A DNA stretch of 64,000 nt from contig CM060734.1 of the NCBI GenBank assembly GCA_030704615.1, positions 51,956,001-52,020,000 of the forward strand, in the 5' to 3' direction. The notes beneath the pieces are model-generated. The model did no database searches and was not told the origin of the DNA. It was given only the letters and a program-made list of their open reading frames with translations. The position numbers and the translations under genes are program-made. The stretch is from Takakia lepidozioides. Its lineage: Eukaryota > Plantae > Bryophyta. Below, in pieces: positions 1 to 11,262 of the stretch; position 1 is the stretch's first letter; every line of letters starts with the position of its first letter.

Positions 1-1075
1 CATCATCTTTAGTGCTACGATTGAGGAGCACGAGAGACACCTTCAGATGGTGTTTGAGCGCTTGAGAGCGCACGGGTTGAAACTGCACCCCGAAAAGTGC
101 AAGTTCTTCCACAATCAGATTGAGTATCTGGGCCACATGATATACCCTGGAGGATTGGGTGTTCAACAGACAAAGGTGGAGGCCATTGCATGCATTTCAC
201 GCCCCATGGATGTGAGCAAAGTTCGTGCTTTCATGGGATTGGCAAACTACTATCGATGGTTTGTCAAGGGATTTAGCAGCATTGCAAAGGCTCTTACCAA
301 GTTGACCAAGGTGGGTCAGGAGTGGCAATGGGAGGAGGAGCAGGAGGAAGCCTTTGAGGAACTCAAGGCTCAATTGACTTCTGCACCTATTCTGAGGCGG
401 CCTATTCGGGGGCGGCCTTTCCAGCTACATACGGATTGGAGTATGTTGGGGATTGGAGGAGTGCTCACACATGTGGATGATGAGAGAAGAGAGTTCGTAG
501 TGGCATATGCTAGCCGCTTGAACAATGATGCCGAGGCGAAGTATAGTTCATATGAAGGGGAGTGTCTGGCTGCAGTATGGGTAGTGGCATATTTTAGATG
601 CTACCTCTATGGCAATCTCTTCACTCTTGTCACGGATCACCAACCATTGAAGTGGTTGATGGAGTCAGACAAGCTTACATGGAAGCTTGCACAGTGGGCA
701 CTTATGCTTCAAGAGTACGACTTCTAGGTGGTGCATCGAGCCGAAATAGTCAACCGGGATGCGGATGGATTGAGTCGCAATCCATGCACAAGTGAGCTTG
801 ATGATACAGGAGCTCGTTGGCATGGTGAGATGGACGAGGAGATGGTGCCAGGATGGCATGCATCTGCCTTTTTGTGCATCCTAGCAATGGGAGCTCAAGC
901 TGGTCCATCCCATGCAATAGGTCATGTAGATAGCGTGCATGACGATCCAAAGACTAGTGAGGAATTTGGTGGTGCTAAGGATGTGCATGAAGATGCAGCA
1001 GTGTTGGCATACCTTCGTACCGGAGAGACAACAACCAGTGTGACTGCTAAGGAGAGAGATCGGGTCCTACAACGA
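1..1075 (+). mobile_element. Ty3/gypsy pol fragment (RT C-terminus, RNase H, start of linker to integrase), decayed and truncated
   Basis: ORFs 47-727 and 728-1093 contain LKLHPEKCKFF..YLGH, FQLHTDWS..GIGGVL, YEGECLAAVW, FTLVTDHQPLKWL and NRDADGLSR. In-frame TAG at 725-727. Similarity stops after RDRVLQR. Confidence 0.9.
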
Positions 1076-1215
1076 GTAGTTGAGCCTCCATGAGCCTCTC
1101 TCACCTCCATAGCTCTAGGTATTGAGAGGGAGTGTGGTGAGGGCTTTGTAGGGTGGATTCCCTTAGCAAGGGTGCCCTTGGTGGACAACGATGTATGTTG
1201 TGGCACGATGCTTAG

Positions 1216-4200
1216 GTGCACGACAAGGTTGACCCTAAGGACGCTTCATACCCAGACATACTTCAAGACTGTCTTACTTCTATTCCCCTTAAGCTTAAAC
1301 CAGAGGACACTACCACACTTCGGGAAGACCTCTCCCCGCAAGAGCTCGAAGATGCTCTTAAGGCCATGAACAAGAACAAGGGCCTGGGCTTGATGGCATG
1401 CCAGTAGAATTCTACAAGACCCTTTGGACTACCATCTCCAAAGATTTCTCTGATATGGCAAACGCCATCAAGGCCCAACGATTCATGCCGGAATCAATGA
1501 ACCAGGGGGTTATAGCTTTGCCTTACAAGAAAGGAGATAGGGCATGTCTTGGCAACTACAGGCTCATTACCTTACTCAATGTAGCCTACAAGATCATTGC
1601 TAAAACCCTGGCTCTTCGTATCCAGCCTCTTCTCCCTTCTTTGATAAGACCAGGGCAAGCGGACTACATCAAGGGTAGGTACATCCTAGATAATGTTCTT
1701 CTGGCTCAGGAAGCCAACTCCTACGCTGCCAACACAGGTCAAGGTTGACCCTTTGGCTCTTAGACTTCGAAAAGGCCTTTGACAGGGTAGACTGGTCTTT
1801 CTTGATGGCAGTTCTCAAAAAGACAGGCCTTCCACCCTTCTTTTGTCAATGGGTTCAGATCCTATTACAAGGGGCCAGTAGCAGGGTCATAGTCAACGGA
1901 CACCTTACCAAACCCTTTCCTCTTCAAAGGTCGGTAAGGCAAGGATGCCCGCTGGCTCCATTCCTGTTCCTTTTTGTGGCAGATGCTCTAGGATACATGT
2001 TAGACGACAACCCTCTGGTGGAAGGCCTCAAATTAGTGAACCCCAGAACCAACCTCGCAAGACACATAAAGGACTCCATGTTCGTCGATGACACCTTTCT
2101 CTTGCTTCAGGCAGATCATTCCTCCCTTGCAGCAACAGAAAACATCATATCTCGACTTTGCAGCGTTTCTGGGTTTAAGGTCAATTGGTCCAAAACCAAA
2201 GCTCTACTTCTAGGGGACACCTCCAAGTCTACAATTGGAACTGCCCCCACCCGGGGAGATCACTTGGGCCTAGTTTGGCTCAAACAGGGAGAGCCTACCA
2301 AGCTGCTTGGCCACACATTTGGAATCAACCTTACTGAAGATCAAAGAATAGGTCCTACAGTTCAGAAACTCAAACGCCATTTATCCTACTGGGGTTCTTG
2401 CCACCTCTCCATCACTGGTAGGGATCTGGTAGCCAACCAGATCCTCTTGGCGGGAGTCTGGTACTTTGCCTCCACTTGGGGACCAGAGTAAAAAATCATT
2501 AAGGAGGTCAAAAGGTTGATCCGGAATTTCATCTGGGGAGCCAACTTCACGCGAGTGGGAACTTAGCTTCCGTCACACCCCCACCCCCTCAATGGAAGAT
2601 CGTGGGCTGGCAAAGAGATGGGCAGCTTGGGAATCCAGGGGGTTTTCTTCTGTCAAGCATCTCTGGGAGAGCACCCCTCATTCCCTTCAACAAGCTCTGG
2701 GCTCTACGAGACTCCGCTCTGGAATACAACTCATTATCCAATCAATACCGGATTCATGGAAGCTGCTGCTCAAAGATGGCCCTGATCCTCTTAAACCTCA
2801 CCAGTGGGTGCTAACAAACCCCCCTTCCCTGGAGGTTATCTACATTGCGGAGGTCTCACAGGCACTCCAGGCAGATGACCTCTGAGGTCGTCTCTCCTTT
2901 AAGGGTAGGGACGCTGTCATTCTCCCAGCTTTCAATGTCTCCCATGCTAGAATCGGTCATTGGTCCACTCCCGAAAAAACCTTCAACCCGGTTGCTCCCA
3001 GAGGAACTCCCATCCTTTCCTGGTTACAAAAAGAAACCTTTGTCCTATTCGGGCACTCAGGCATCTGTTCGTTGCAACTGGACCCCGCTGAATGGTCTTG
3101 GTCCTTCCAGGATGAACAACAGCCTTTCTTCGCATACTCGGCCAAAAGTGGCTACAGAGCTTTGCTAAGTGCCAGGCCACTTTTCACAAAGTGGAATGAC
3201 AAATGGAGTCATGAAGGTTTCAGAGAAGAGGACTGGAAAGGGATTTGGGCTCAAGTATGGGAAAAATCAAAGTCAGCCAAGATTAGTGCCTTTCTTTGGC
3301 AAGTTGCGAACAGAGTTCTCAAGGTAGGCCAATATCTGAATTTTGAGGAGGCCCTACTCTGTCAATGCCGTTCCACTCAAACCATTGAATCACTGGAGCA
3401 TTGTCTAATCCACTGCCAAGCTCCCCGCACCATCTGGCCTTTGGTTCGGACCTTCTACACACCTTGGGAGGTCATGCCATCCACTTCGGTCAACATTCTC
3501 CTTAACTACAATCAACAAGGAAAAACCAGGGCTTCTGACTGTCCAGTCTTTGAATCGCTAAGAGGAATAGTGCTCTGGAATCTGTGGAAATGTCGTTGTG
3601 CTTGGGACCTCGATAGGCAGAACAGTAATGCCACGACAATCCTTACTATGATCTTTTTTTATCTTACAATTGATGCTAAGAAAGCTTGGGCCCTACTGTG
3701 TGCAGCAATTGCCAGGAAACCCGAGCGCAAGTTCGCCCTACTCTAGACTTTCAGAGCCACTTGGGCCGATGACGGGATCATTTATAGCTGCAATCATGAT
3801 CTCACCTGTTCATGGGCAGACAACATCCCCTCCTGCTGGCAGGGGTACATAAATCACTTATTCGGCTTCACCAGAATTTGAGCGCTTGGAAGTCAATTGG
3901 AAGCATGTCAGATCCTCCTCCTCTGCTCGTCTTCACTTCCACTGATAAGCATCTTGCTCGTAAATCTCTTCTGTCTCTTTGATCCGTTCCGGTCTCCTCC
4001 ACTTCATCGCTCCCCTCCCCCCCCCCCTCTCTCACCGTTGCTCCGTTCAGTCCGACTCCCAGCCTCAGATCCTGCAATGGTGTCCACAATCGCCAACAAG
4101 TCCGAATCCCTACAAGGGCTCGATCTCCTTAGGGCTCCAACCCTAGTCCCCTCCCATAGCGTAGTGCAGTCTAAGCTCGACTTGGGTTGGCTTATTTTCT

Positions 4201-4480
4201 TTTGTCTCAAACTGTTGCAAGTACCCTTCGTGAAGTTGATAACTCTATATTCTAGGCTAGAATGCCTCTGAAATTGTGTGGTCTAGGACATGCCCAGGTA
4301 AATGGCTCTCAGTTATGGTTCTTAGTCATCCGGCACGGTCTCCGTGCGATCAGCCTCATGGCAGCCTTGTGGCACTCCAAGGGTTTTAATTTTTTTCCCT
4401 TCAAATAATTCCAATAAAGTTTCCAGGGCCAGACCCCTGTTTTATTTAAAAAAAAAAAAAAAAAGAAAAAAGAAAAAAAA
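1216..4480 (+). mobile_element. 5'-truncated, decayed L1/Tx1-clade LINE (RT, zf-RVT, 3' UTR, poly(A) tail)
   Basis: Frame-broken ORFs with NYRLITLLNVAYKIIAK, LDFEKAFDRVDW, RQGCPLAPFLF, MFVDD, and a C-terminal KISAFLWQ...CQC..ESLEHCLIHC motif. A-rich tail at about 4448-4480. Confidence 0.9.
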
Positions 4481-6059
4481 AGAGACAACCACTGTGGTAA
4501 TGGGCACATACCACGTTGGATGTGGTTGTGAGTTCAAACCACGATATGGTGTGTCATGAAAGTGTCCACCTTTCAGCTGGAAGGCGTTAGCCCTTGTGGT
4601 GAAGAGACACTGGAGGTGTCTATATATTTTTATTATTATTATTTTAAAATTTTAAAATTTTAAGAAAAGAAAAAGTACTGCAGCAAAGATCTGAGGCAGA
4701 GGTTAGTGATGAGAGGCTACTGTTTGAACCCCAGACCTCTGATCTTTCTCAGATCAGTCCTAAGCAAGGAAAGCAACCCAACGAAGAAAAGAAACCATAG
4801 AGGTTGAAAAGGACAAATGTCAAAGTTGAAACTGACTTATGTTTCCATCCAGTTGATGTTGTCCTTGTTCCCCTCATCAGATGAGCCCCCAACTTTCTTG
4901 GGGAGTAAGTAGTGTGAGGTGTTGTAAGTGAAAGCATTAGTCAAAAACACGGGAGCCAAGGACCCGGCCCTTACCTTGACAATGGGATCAACTGGCATGT
5001 GTCGACGACCCTACAAAACACTCAGCCCTAGCCCAAACCCAAACTGACTCATTTCCGCCAATATAGGGTTTGGCACTACAACTATGAACTAACACTGTAG
5101 AGAAGAGAAGGAGGACATAAATACATAAGCCTAGCCCAACATGATCTGCAACTTTTTTTTTGTTTTTTTTGACCAAACATGGGACAGAGCCACTGATAAA
5201 ATTTATTAATAAGGCAAAATTTGGAAGACAAGCAAGGAAAAATTAACCTTGCGGGAAGCCATAAGACCAACAGAGGAGGCTCTCCTCATCGACCGGAGTT
5301 CAAAGGTAGGTCCTATCGTCCTATCTGAAAACTAAGGAGAACAGAGATAGGGTCCGGGGGCACTATGGGGGGGCAACTGATCTATACTATAAATTGTTGT
5401 ACTTCTCTCAAGTACCATGTTCTACATATTTTTAAATAAAAAAATTAAGAGGGGGACTACATTATAATGTTAAGAAAATAAAATAAAATAAAGGTGTCAA
5501 TCAAGTATCATTATCTATGTCAATTTTAAAGTTGGAAAAAAAAATGGTAAAAATAGGTGCATGAACTATGTTTTTATTATTATTAAAAATTAACAAAATT
5601 ATATTCCATCCCCATTTCAAATTGCTGTACGCTATTTTTTCTATCCTAGTTACTTTGAGGCGTCACTTCGACTTACTGCTTTATAGATCCACAACACATA
5701 CAACCGAGTTCTAGGCCGGTGGTAATGGGCACGTACCACCTTGGAAGTGGTTGTTGGGTCAATCCACTGCTGGAAGAGGTTGGGTAGCGAGTGAGCATGC
5801 TCACGCGGATGAGCACAAGCGAACATACCGCATATTCCTAAGATGCCTTTCAAAAATTCTTCAGCGGAATGAAAATTGAGAAACTAAAAAAATTTGCGAA
5901 ACTATTTTTAACTGCTCACATAGGCCCTCATAGCAACACTTAAGAAACAAATAACCCCTATAAAGGATAAACATGTTACCCTATAGGCGTGGGATTTCCT
6001 CACCTTATCCTCACCCGATACTAGGCCCTTTCCATGATAGACTTGAGAACCCATGGATA

Positions 6060-6370
6060 ATTTATGGAGACGAAACTCTCACTCCAGAAACTCCTACTTA
6101 ATTTTAATTTCCCAGTGCGAAATTAAAACTCTCACTCCCGAAACTCCTACTTCATTTTATTTTCTCAGTGCGAAAATAAAAACTCTCATCCCGAAACGAA
6201 AATTAAAACTCGCACTCCCGAAACTCTTACTTAAGTTTAATTTCTCAATGCGAACCCGAAACTCCTATTTTTATTTTTTATTTTTTTATTTACGATATAG
6301 GGGAGCCGAGGCCCTTTTAATCAAATTACAAACTTAATTTTAATTTCTTAGTGCGAAATTAAAACTCTTG
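6060..6370. repeat. Degenerate tandem repeat with roughly 55-60 bp units (AAACTCTCACTCCCGAAACTCCTACTT...CAGTGCGAAATT)
   Basis: The motif recurs about 4-5 times between 6070 and 6365. Confidence 0.75.
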
Positions 6371-6374
6371 CTTT

Positions 6375-6990
6375 TCATTTTTACGTTTTTCATTTATGTC
6401 ATATTTATTCGGTTTTGCACAAATTAATTAGGTCTTTCTTTTTTAGGTCTTTCATTTAGGACATTCATTTAGGTCATATTTATTTGGTTTTGCAGAAATT
6501 AATCGTCCAAAACAAAAGTCATTCATTTTAGTTCTCTCTTTTTTGGGTCTTTCATTTTTAGGTTTTTCATTTAGGTCATATTTATTCGGTTTTTGCAGAA
6601 ATTAATGGTCCAAAGCAAAAGTCATTAGTTTTAGGTCTTGCATTTTCGGTCTTTCAGTTTTAGGTTTTCATTTAGGTCATATTTATTGGGTTTTGCACAA
6701 ATTGATCGTCCAAAACAAAAGTCTTCCATTTTAGGTCTTTCAGTTTAGGTCTTTCTTTTTTGGGTCTTCCAATTTTAGGTTTTTCATTTAGGTCATCTTT
6801 ATTCGGTTTTGCAGAAATTAATGGTCCAAAACAAAAGTCATTCGTTTTAGGTCTTTCATTTTAGGTCCTTCAATTTTACGTTTCTCATTTACGTCATATT
6901 TATTTGGTTTTGCAGAAATTAATCGTCCAAAACAAAAGTTTTTCATTTTTAGGATTTTTATTTAGGTCAAGTTTATTCGGTTTTGCAGAA
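6375..6990. repeat. AT-rich tandem array, about 7 units of 75-115 bp, built from TTTCATTTAGGTC sub-repeats
   Basis: The core TTTAGGTCATATTTATT(C/T)GGTTTTGCA(G/C)AAATTAAT(C/G)GTCCAAAACAAAAGTC recurs near 6412, 6487, 6590, 6690, 6805, 6906 and 6979. Confidence 0.85.
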
Positions 6991-7151
6991 ATGGCCTTCA
7001 GTTCTATTATATAAGTTCCATTGACTTCCATTATATTCAGCAGTAGCATTTAGGTTTTGTAATTAGGGTGGAGCCATTACCGACTAGCCGCTTGTTTTTT
7101 CCCCTTTCAAATAAACTAAATGGGCTTCATCCCTTTTAATAAAAAACAAAA

Positions 7152-7332
7152 CAAAACATACAGATTAAGAATTTTTTTCCAGTGAATTTACAGAGCCTAC
7201 TGCTCAACACACAGCGCCCACACATTGAGGGTCCAATGGACGGATTGTTTGAGGGCACCTGCTGAAGGATTGAACTCTAGGATCTCCCAGGATTTGCTTA
7301 GGCAAGGCACAGAATCACTGAGCTACCTGCTC
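7152..7332 (-). mobile_element. tRNA-derived SINE
   Basis: On the minus strand: A-box-like TAGCTCAGTG (7325-7316), B-box-like GAGTTCAATCC (7277-7267), a body of about 110 bp and a short A tail near 7152. A homologous head occurs at 43165-43214. Confidence 0.6.
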
Positions 7333-7581
7333 AAGTGCTACACACGTTCAGCACTGCTGGAAATAGTTAAAAGGCACTGAGTGGATGGCTAGCGAAGAAG
7401 GTTCCAGTACCAGAATAACAAAAGCAAGAGCGAGGCTTTTGATAGCAAGGAACTGATACCAACAATAGTCGGGCTCGTGGGTATTCGAGGCTTGGTCTTT
7501 CTATCCCGTCTTCTCTTTCCCCCAAGCTCCGTGTTAGGATCACAAGAACACAATTTGGAGAGGTTCCGTCGCCTCCGCAAT

Positions 7582-8661
7582 ATGGAGGAGAGTTGGAGCA
7601 GGCTCCCATTCGAGTTAGTGATGGTAGTGTTGGCCTTTTTGCCATATCGAAGTCTTGTCCGCTTTCAGTCGGTTTGCAAGTTGTGGAATTCTCTCCCATC
7701 GACTGCTAGTTTCCAACAACTCTGTCAGCACCTCCCTCTTCACCAAGACTCCTATCTCTTGTGTTTTGGCGGATGCCCACATGTTTGCATGGTGTATACT
7801 CCCACAACTCAACGCTGGCACAAAATCGGCCTCAAACTCCCGAAGGATTATTTTGTATACAGTGTTAATGGTGCTGCAGATGGAGGCTTATTACTTTGCA
7901 CATCGGACAAGTGCGATGGTGACTTATCATGGATTGTGTGCAATCCTCTCTTGAACAGTTCCAGACAATTGCCTGCCCTGCCTCTCGCCAACTTGAGACT
8001 GCTGGATGTGGACAGGGTGAACTTGATTGTGGATAGACGCAGCAACACCTACAAGATCATTGTGATATCAAACCAGTGTCGCACGTACGACGGTCAGTTA
8101 CGTTGTAGAACGCACATCTATGACTCAATATGCGAGTGTTGGACTGAGACTGGAAAGATGCCGGCAGGTGAATGGTACTGTGCATCAAGTGTGATACGGG
8201 GCCCTACTCTCTTTGCTCTGTTGTATCGACTAAATGACGGCTACTCTTTGATGGCTTATGACATGGGTGCCGATATGTGGACTCGAGTTGCTATACACAT
8301 GCCTAACTTAGGTATTGTCAGTCCAAGCCTTGTAGAGCGCGAGGGACGCCTGTTTCTTGTTGGGGGTCGTGGTCTAGATCGGCTCGTAGTAATATGGGAG
8401 TTCAAAGATTCTACCAAGACTGCAGAGTGGGTGGAGATTGCAAGATGGGAGTTCGCAACAAGGGCCACCCAAATGTACTACGGTTTTCAGGTGGTGAGCC
8501 ATGACAATCTCATGGTCATTTGGAATTGCATATTCAATCCAGAAGTTGTGATGTATGACATGAAGCAACAGAGGTGGACATCTGACGTACAGACTGGGAC
8601 CAAGGAATGCGAGAGTGTGAGGGGTATGGTTAGCGGTCTTAGTTTAGGTGCAAAAGTCTAG
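7582..8661 (+). CDS. Intronless F-box protein with kelch/FBA-like beta-propeller C-terminus (359 aa)
   Basis: ATG at 7582. F-box motif WSRLPFELVMVVLAFLPYRSLVRFQSVCKLWNSL, then GLLLC..WIVCNPL...RQLP, YDS...W and AYDM...W repeats. Confidence 0.9.
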   Translation: MEESWSRLPFELVMVVLAFLPYRSLVRFQSVCKLWNSLPSTASFQQLCQHLPLHQDSYLLCFGGCPHVCMVYTPTTQRWHKIGLKLPKDYFVYSVNGAADGGLLLCTSDKCDGDLSWIVCNPLLNSSRQLPALPLANLRLLDVDRVNLIVDRRSNTYKIIVISNQCRTYDGQLRCRTHIYDSICECWTETGKMPAGEWYCASSVIRGPTLFALLYRLNDGYSLMAYDMGADMWTRVAIHMPNLGIVSPSLVEREGRLFLVGGRGLDRLVVIWEFKDSTKTAEWVEIARWEFATRATQMYYGFQVVSHDNLMVIWNCIFNPEVVMYDMKQQRWTSDVQTGTKECESVRGMVSGLSLGAKV

Positions 8662-9860
8662 ACAAGCTGCTGCATTGAGGTCAACAGGCAAGTGCATGCA
8701 GTCGTTGTAGAAGACAAAGTGCATCCGCCTATTGAGGAAATCCATGGTGAGGTTAAGATTGTACTCATAAGACGTTGTTTGCCGTAGCCTTGTGGCCATT
8801 GACCCCGCGCCCAGTTTGAGCGGGAACAAAAGGAACAGAAGCTACCTCTGTCAGGGGCTGACGTTGGTAGTAAGACTTACCTCCATATATAGAATTAATC
8901 CGGGTTTTCCAGATATCCTCTAGAAATCCCTTCACACAAGCATCAATCTGCTGTGTGTGATTTGCCCAAAATCTAGGCCTCAGGAGGGCCTGGGCTTTTG
9001 GCTCAGCCTCGAGACTTTCAAAGTTGGTAAACAGGGGTACAGGCACAATTCCCTTAATAGATTTGAAGAGAGCGGCTCTTTGGTGAGAGAACCCCGGACA
9101 ATGTATCAGAAAATGAATACTGTCTTCAGATTGCCCACACAACGGGCAATTGCACTCTCCCTTTCCTCTCTGCTTCTGTTTGCTGTTCAAAGGTAGGCTT
9201 CCTGCCCCGAGTTTAAATTTCAGTCTAGTGCCGAGAGTGGGTAGACCCTTGAGGTCATCCAAGATGTCCCCCCCCATGTCACAGACTGGAAACAAGTTCA
9301 GGGAAGTTTTCTGCCTAACTTCAATTTCATCAGACAATCTCATGGCAACAGACATGGCTGAGGACACTACAGCCTCTAAGTCAGATTTATCCAGCAAGGT
9401 CAAGACTTGCGGATCCAGGTCCAGGTCCCTGAGGATCTCTTCTACTCTCTTCTGCCAGGACTTAGCCTGTTTGATGGGGCGGTCCTGTTTCCAAGATATA
9501 GAGTGGATTAATTTAGGATATCTGGTGTTGGGCATATGTTGCAGCTGACCCCACCATCTGACCTTGAATTCATCTCGTCGGGAGCTTAAGGACGGAATGC
9601 CAAACTCACCTAGAACAGCCACATTGGCTGTTTTGGAGCATGCTGACATACACTCCTTAAGCACCCCCATGGTGAGGTTAAGAGATTGTCTGGTACGTGC
9701 CTGACACACGATTTGTATTGCATGATGTGGATGATGTGGAGGAGGAGATGAAGGAATTCTCTCTTTGCCACCATGGTGAGAAGCCATGCCTTTGGGGCTC
9801 ATCAGCACCCCTGCTGGATCTCTCCGCTCCACATGATCACCAAGAATTTTCGGATTGTTC
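8662..9860 (+). pseudogene. PPR E+/DYW deaminase-domain remnant, split by the LINE at 8759-9666
   Basis: 8665-8758 reads SCCIEVNRQVHAVVVEDKVHPPIEEIHGEVK. After the LINE it continues RLS, YVPDTRFVLHDVDDVEEEMKEFSLCHHGEK, then frameshifted GLISTPAGS and KNFRI. This matches the PG-box/E+/DYW consensus. No CxxC or terminal DYW is seen. Confidence 0.8.
8759..9666 (-). mobile_element. 5'-truncated RTEX-like LINE, copy 1, with target-site duplication
   Basis: Near-identical to the 3' ends of the copies at 23433 and 54239. C-terminal [17 protein letters not shown] zinc finger. Direct repeat CCATGGTGAGGTTAAGA at 8742-8758 and 9667-9683. Confidence 0.92.
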
Positions 9861-11262
9861 ATCTCAAAGACTGGATAACCCAGCAATGTGAATGACAGGT
9901 TTGTTCTCGAATATCATTTCGTAGATATAGGAGATATAGGATACTGACACTGACCACAATTCTTCATGGTGCTCCAGTGCAAAACTCCTGAAGCCAAAAC
10001 TTAGAATCCAAATCACACCCAAATTATAACCCAGGCAGAGTGTTGCTTTTCTAACTTCCTTCCTTGTATACGTGATACATGGGTCTTATATCTTGTTTGG
10101 ATTGTTATATGTAGTGGTTTACTGTGGCGAAATTAGTGCCGATCATCTTTCCCCTCCGCAAACACTGTCTGACCCCATCCAACTATGTCACAAATAAGTA
10201 GATTTTTGGATAGTGGAATTTTGAGTACGTAAAGAGTGTTACGGATTCTCACCTACTCTACTCTTAGTGAGGGGGTTATCTGCAGCTGTGGATGATAGCC
10301 AAAATGCCAGGCATGCAAAAACTACTTCCGGTGTGAACCATGCAGACATGCAAAAGAATCAAAAGTGATGAAATCGCAAATATAAGGAGGGGAAGCAAGC
10401 CGGCCATGTGCCAGTCATGGGTTTAGCAGATTTTACCTGTCAATTCACTTCTCTTTTCGCTATCTGCTTGAGAAGAACTCTTGGGATTGGAGATCACAAA
10501 TACAAGCACACCCGAGAACTTTTCTCCCATCGGCAACAACTGCATTGGAGTTCCAGGGAATTCACTCTGGCAGGTTTTCTCAGTGAGGTTGATCTCCATT
10601 GCACACATGACTGTCCCATTTCCCCAGTGTAGTACACGAATCTACTTACAAAACTACCCAAGACTAACCAAAAATAGGCTTACAAGTGCAATCTTCCATA
10701 GGCTAGAATAGAAAATGAAAGAGGCCTACACGCATGTCACACAGCAGCTCACATCCCCTCCCAAGACATAATTGCACCACAACCATGGAGTTTTGTTATA
10801 CACTGGGACCTGGTACCAAAGGTTCACAGGTACAGTATATCTAGCAGTCCTGCAGTCGTCTTTCGTCCGTCTTTAGTCAAGGACCATCTTGCGCTCCCCT
10901 TTGCCACCTTTACACCCACCTAGTAGTTGGAACAATCACACAAATGACCATCAATCATTATGCAACAAGAAGCGGCATATTTCAAGATCCAATAGACCCA
11001 CCAGAACATGCAGAGCAGACAGTGACCAACATTTGAGGGTCATTCTTGATACTGGAAATTCTTTCTAGTCTCATTGACCGGGTGTGGTCATCAGCTGCTG
11101 TGGTAAGAAAAAAACTCCTCTGCTTGTGAGACTTGTAGGGGTCGCAGTTGATCAGACTGCAACTCTTTCTTGACCCTCCTATCAGCAGTGAAAGGGATGC
11201 CACATCAGAAAGTTTCATTCCTCTCCCCATGTCAAGGACCCCATAGCCACACTTATCTGGGA

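Noticed and set aside
1076-1215. Inverted L1 5' segment from twin priming (minus-strand GSWRLNYS resembles the end of an APE domain)
   Set aside because: The match is too short and interrupted by stops, and no TSD was found for this LINE.
4700-4775. tRNA gene (minus strand hairpin CTGATCT/AGATCAG followed by GGTTCAAAC)
   Set aside because: No convincing acceptor stem or D-arm; at most a SINE or tRNA relic.
6060-6990. CRISPR array or telomeric tract
   Set aside because: Eukaryotic context, no unique spacers, and no perfect TTTAGGG runs.
8765-9886. 373-aa ORF as a host gene
   Set aside because: It is the LINE 3' coding region read through from unrelated flank (the antisense of the DYW relic); the TSD marks the junction.
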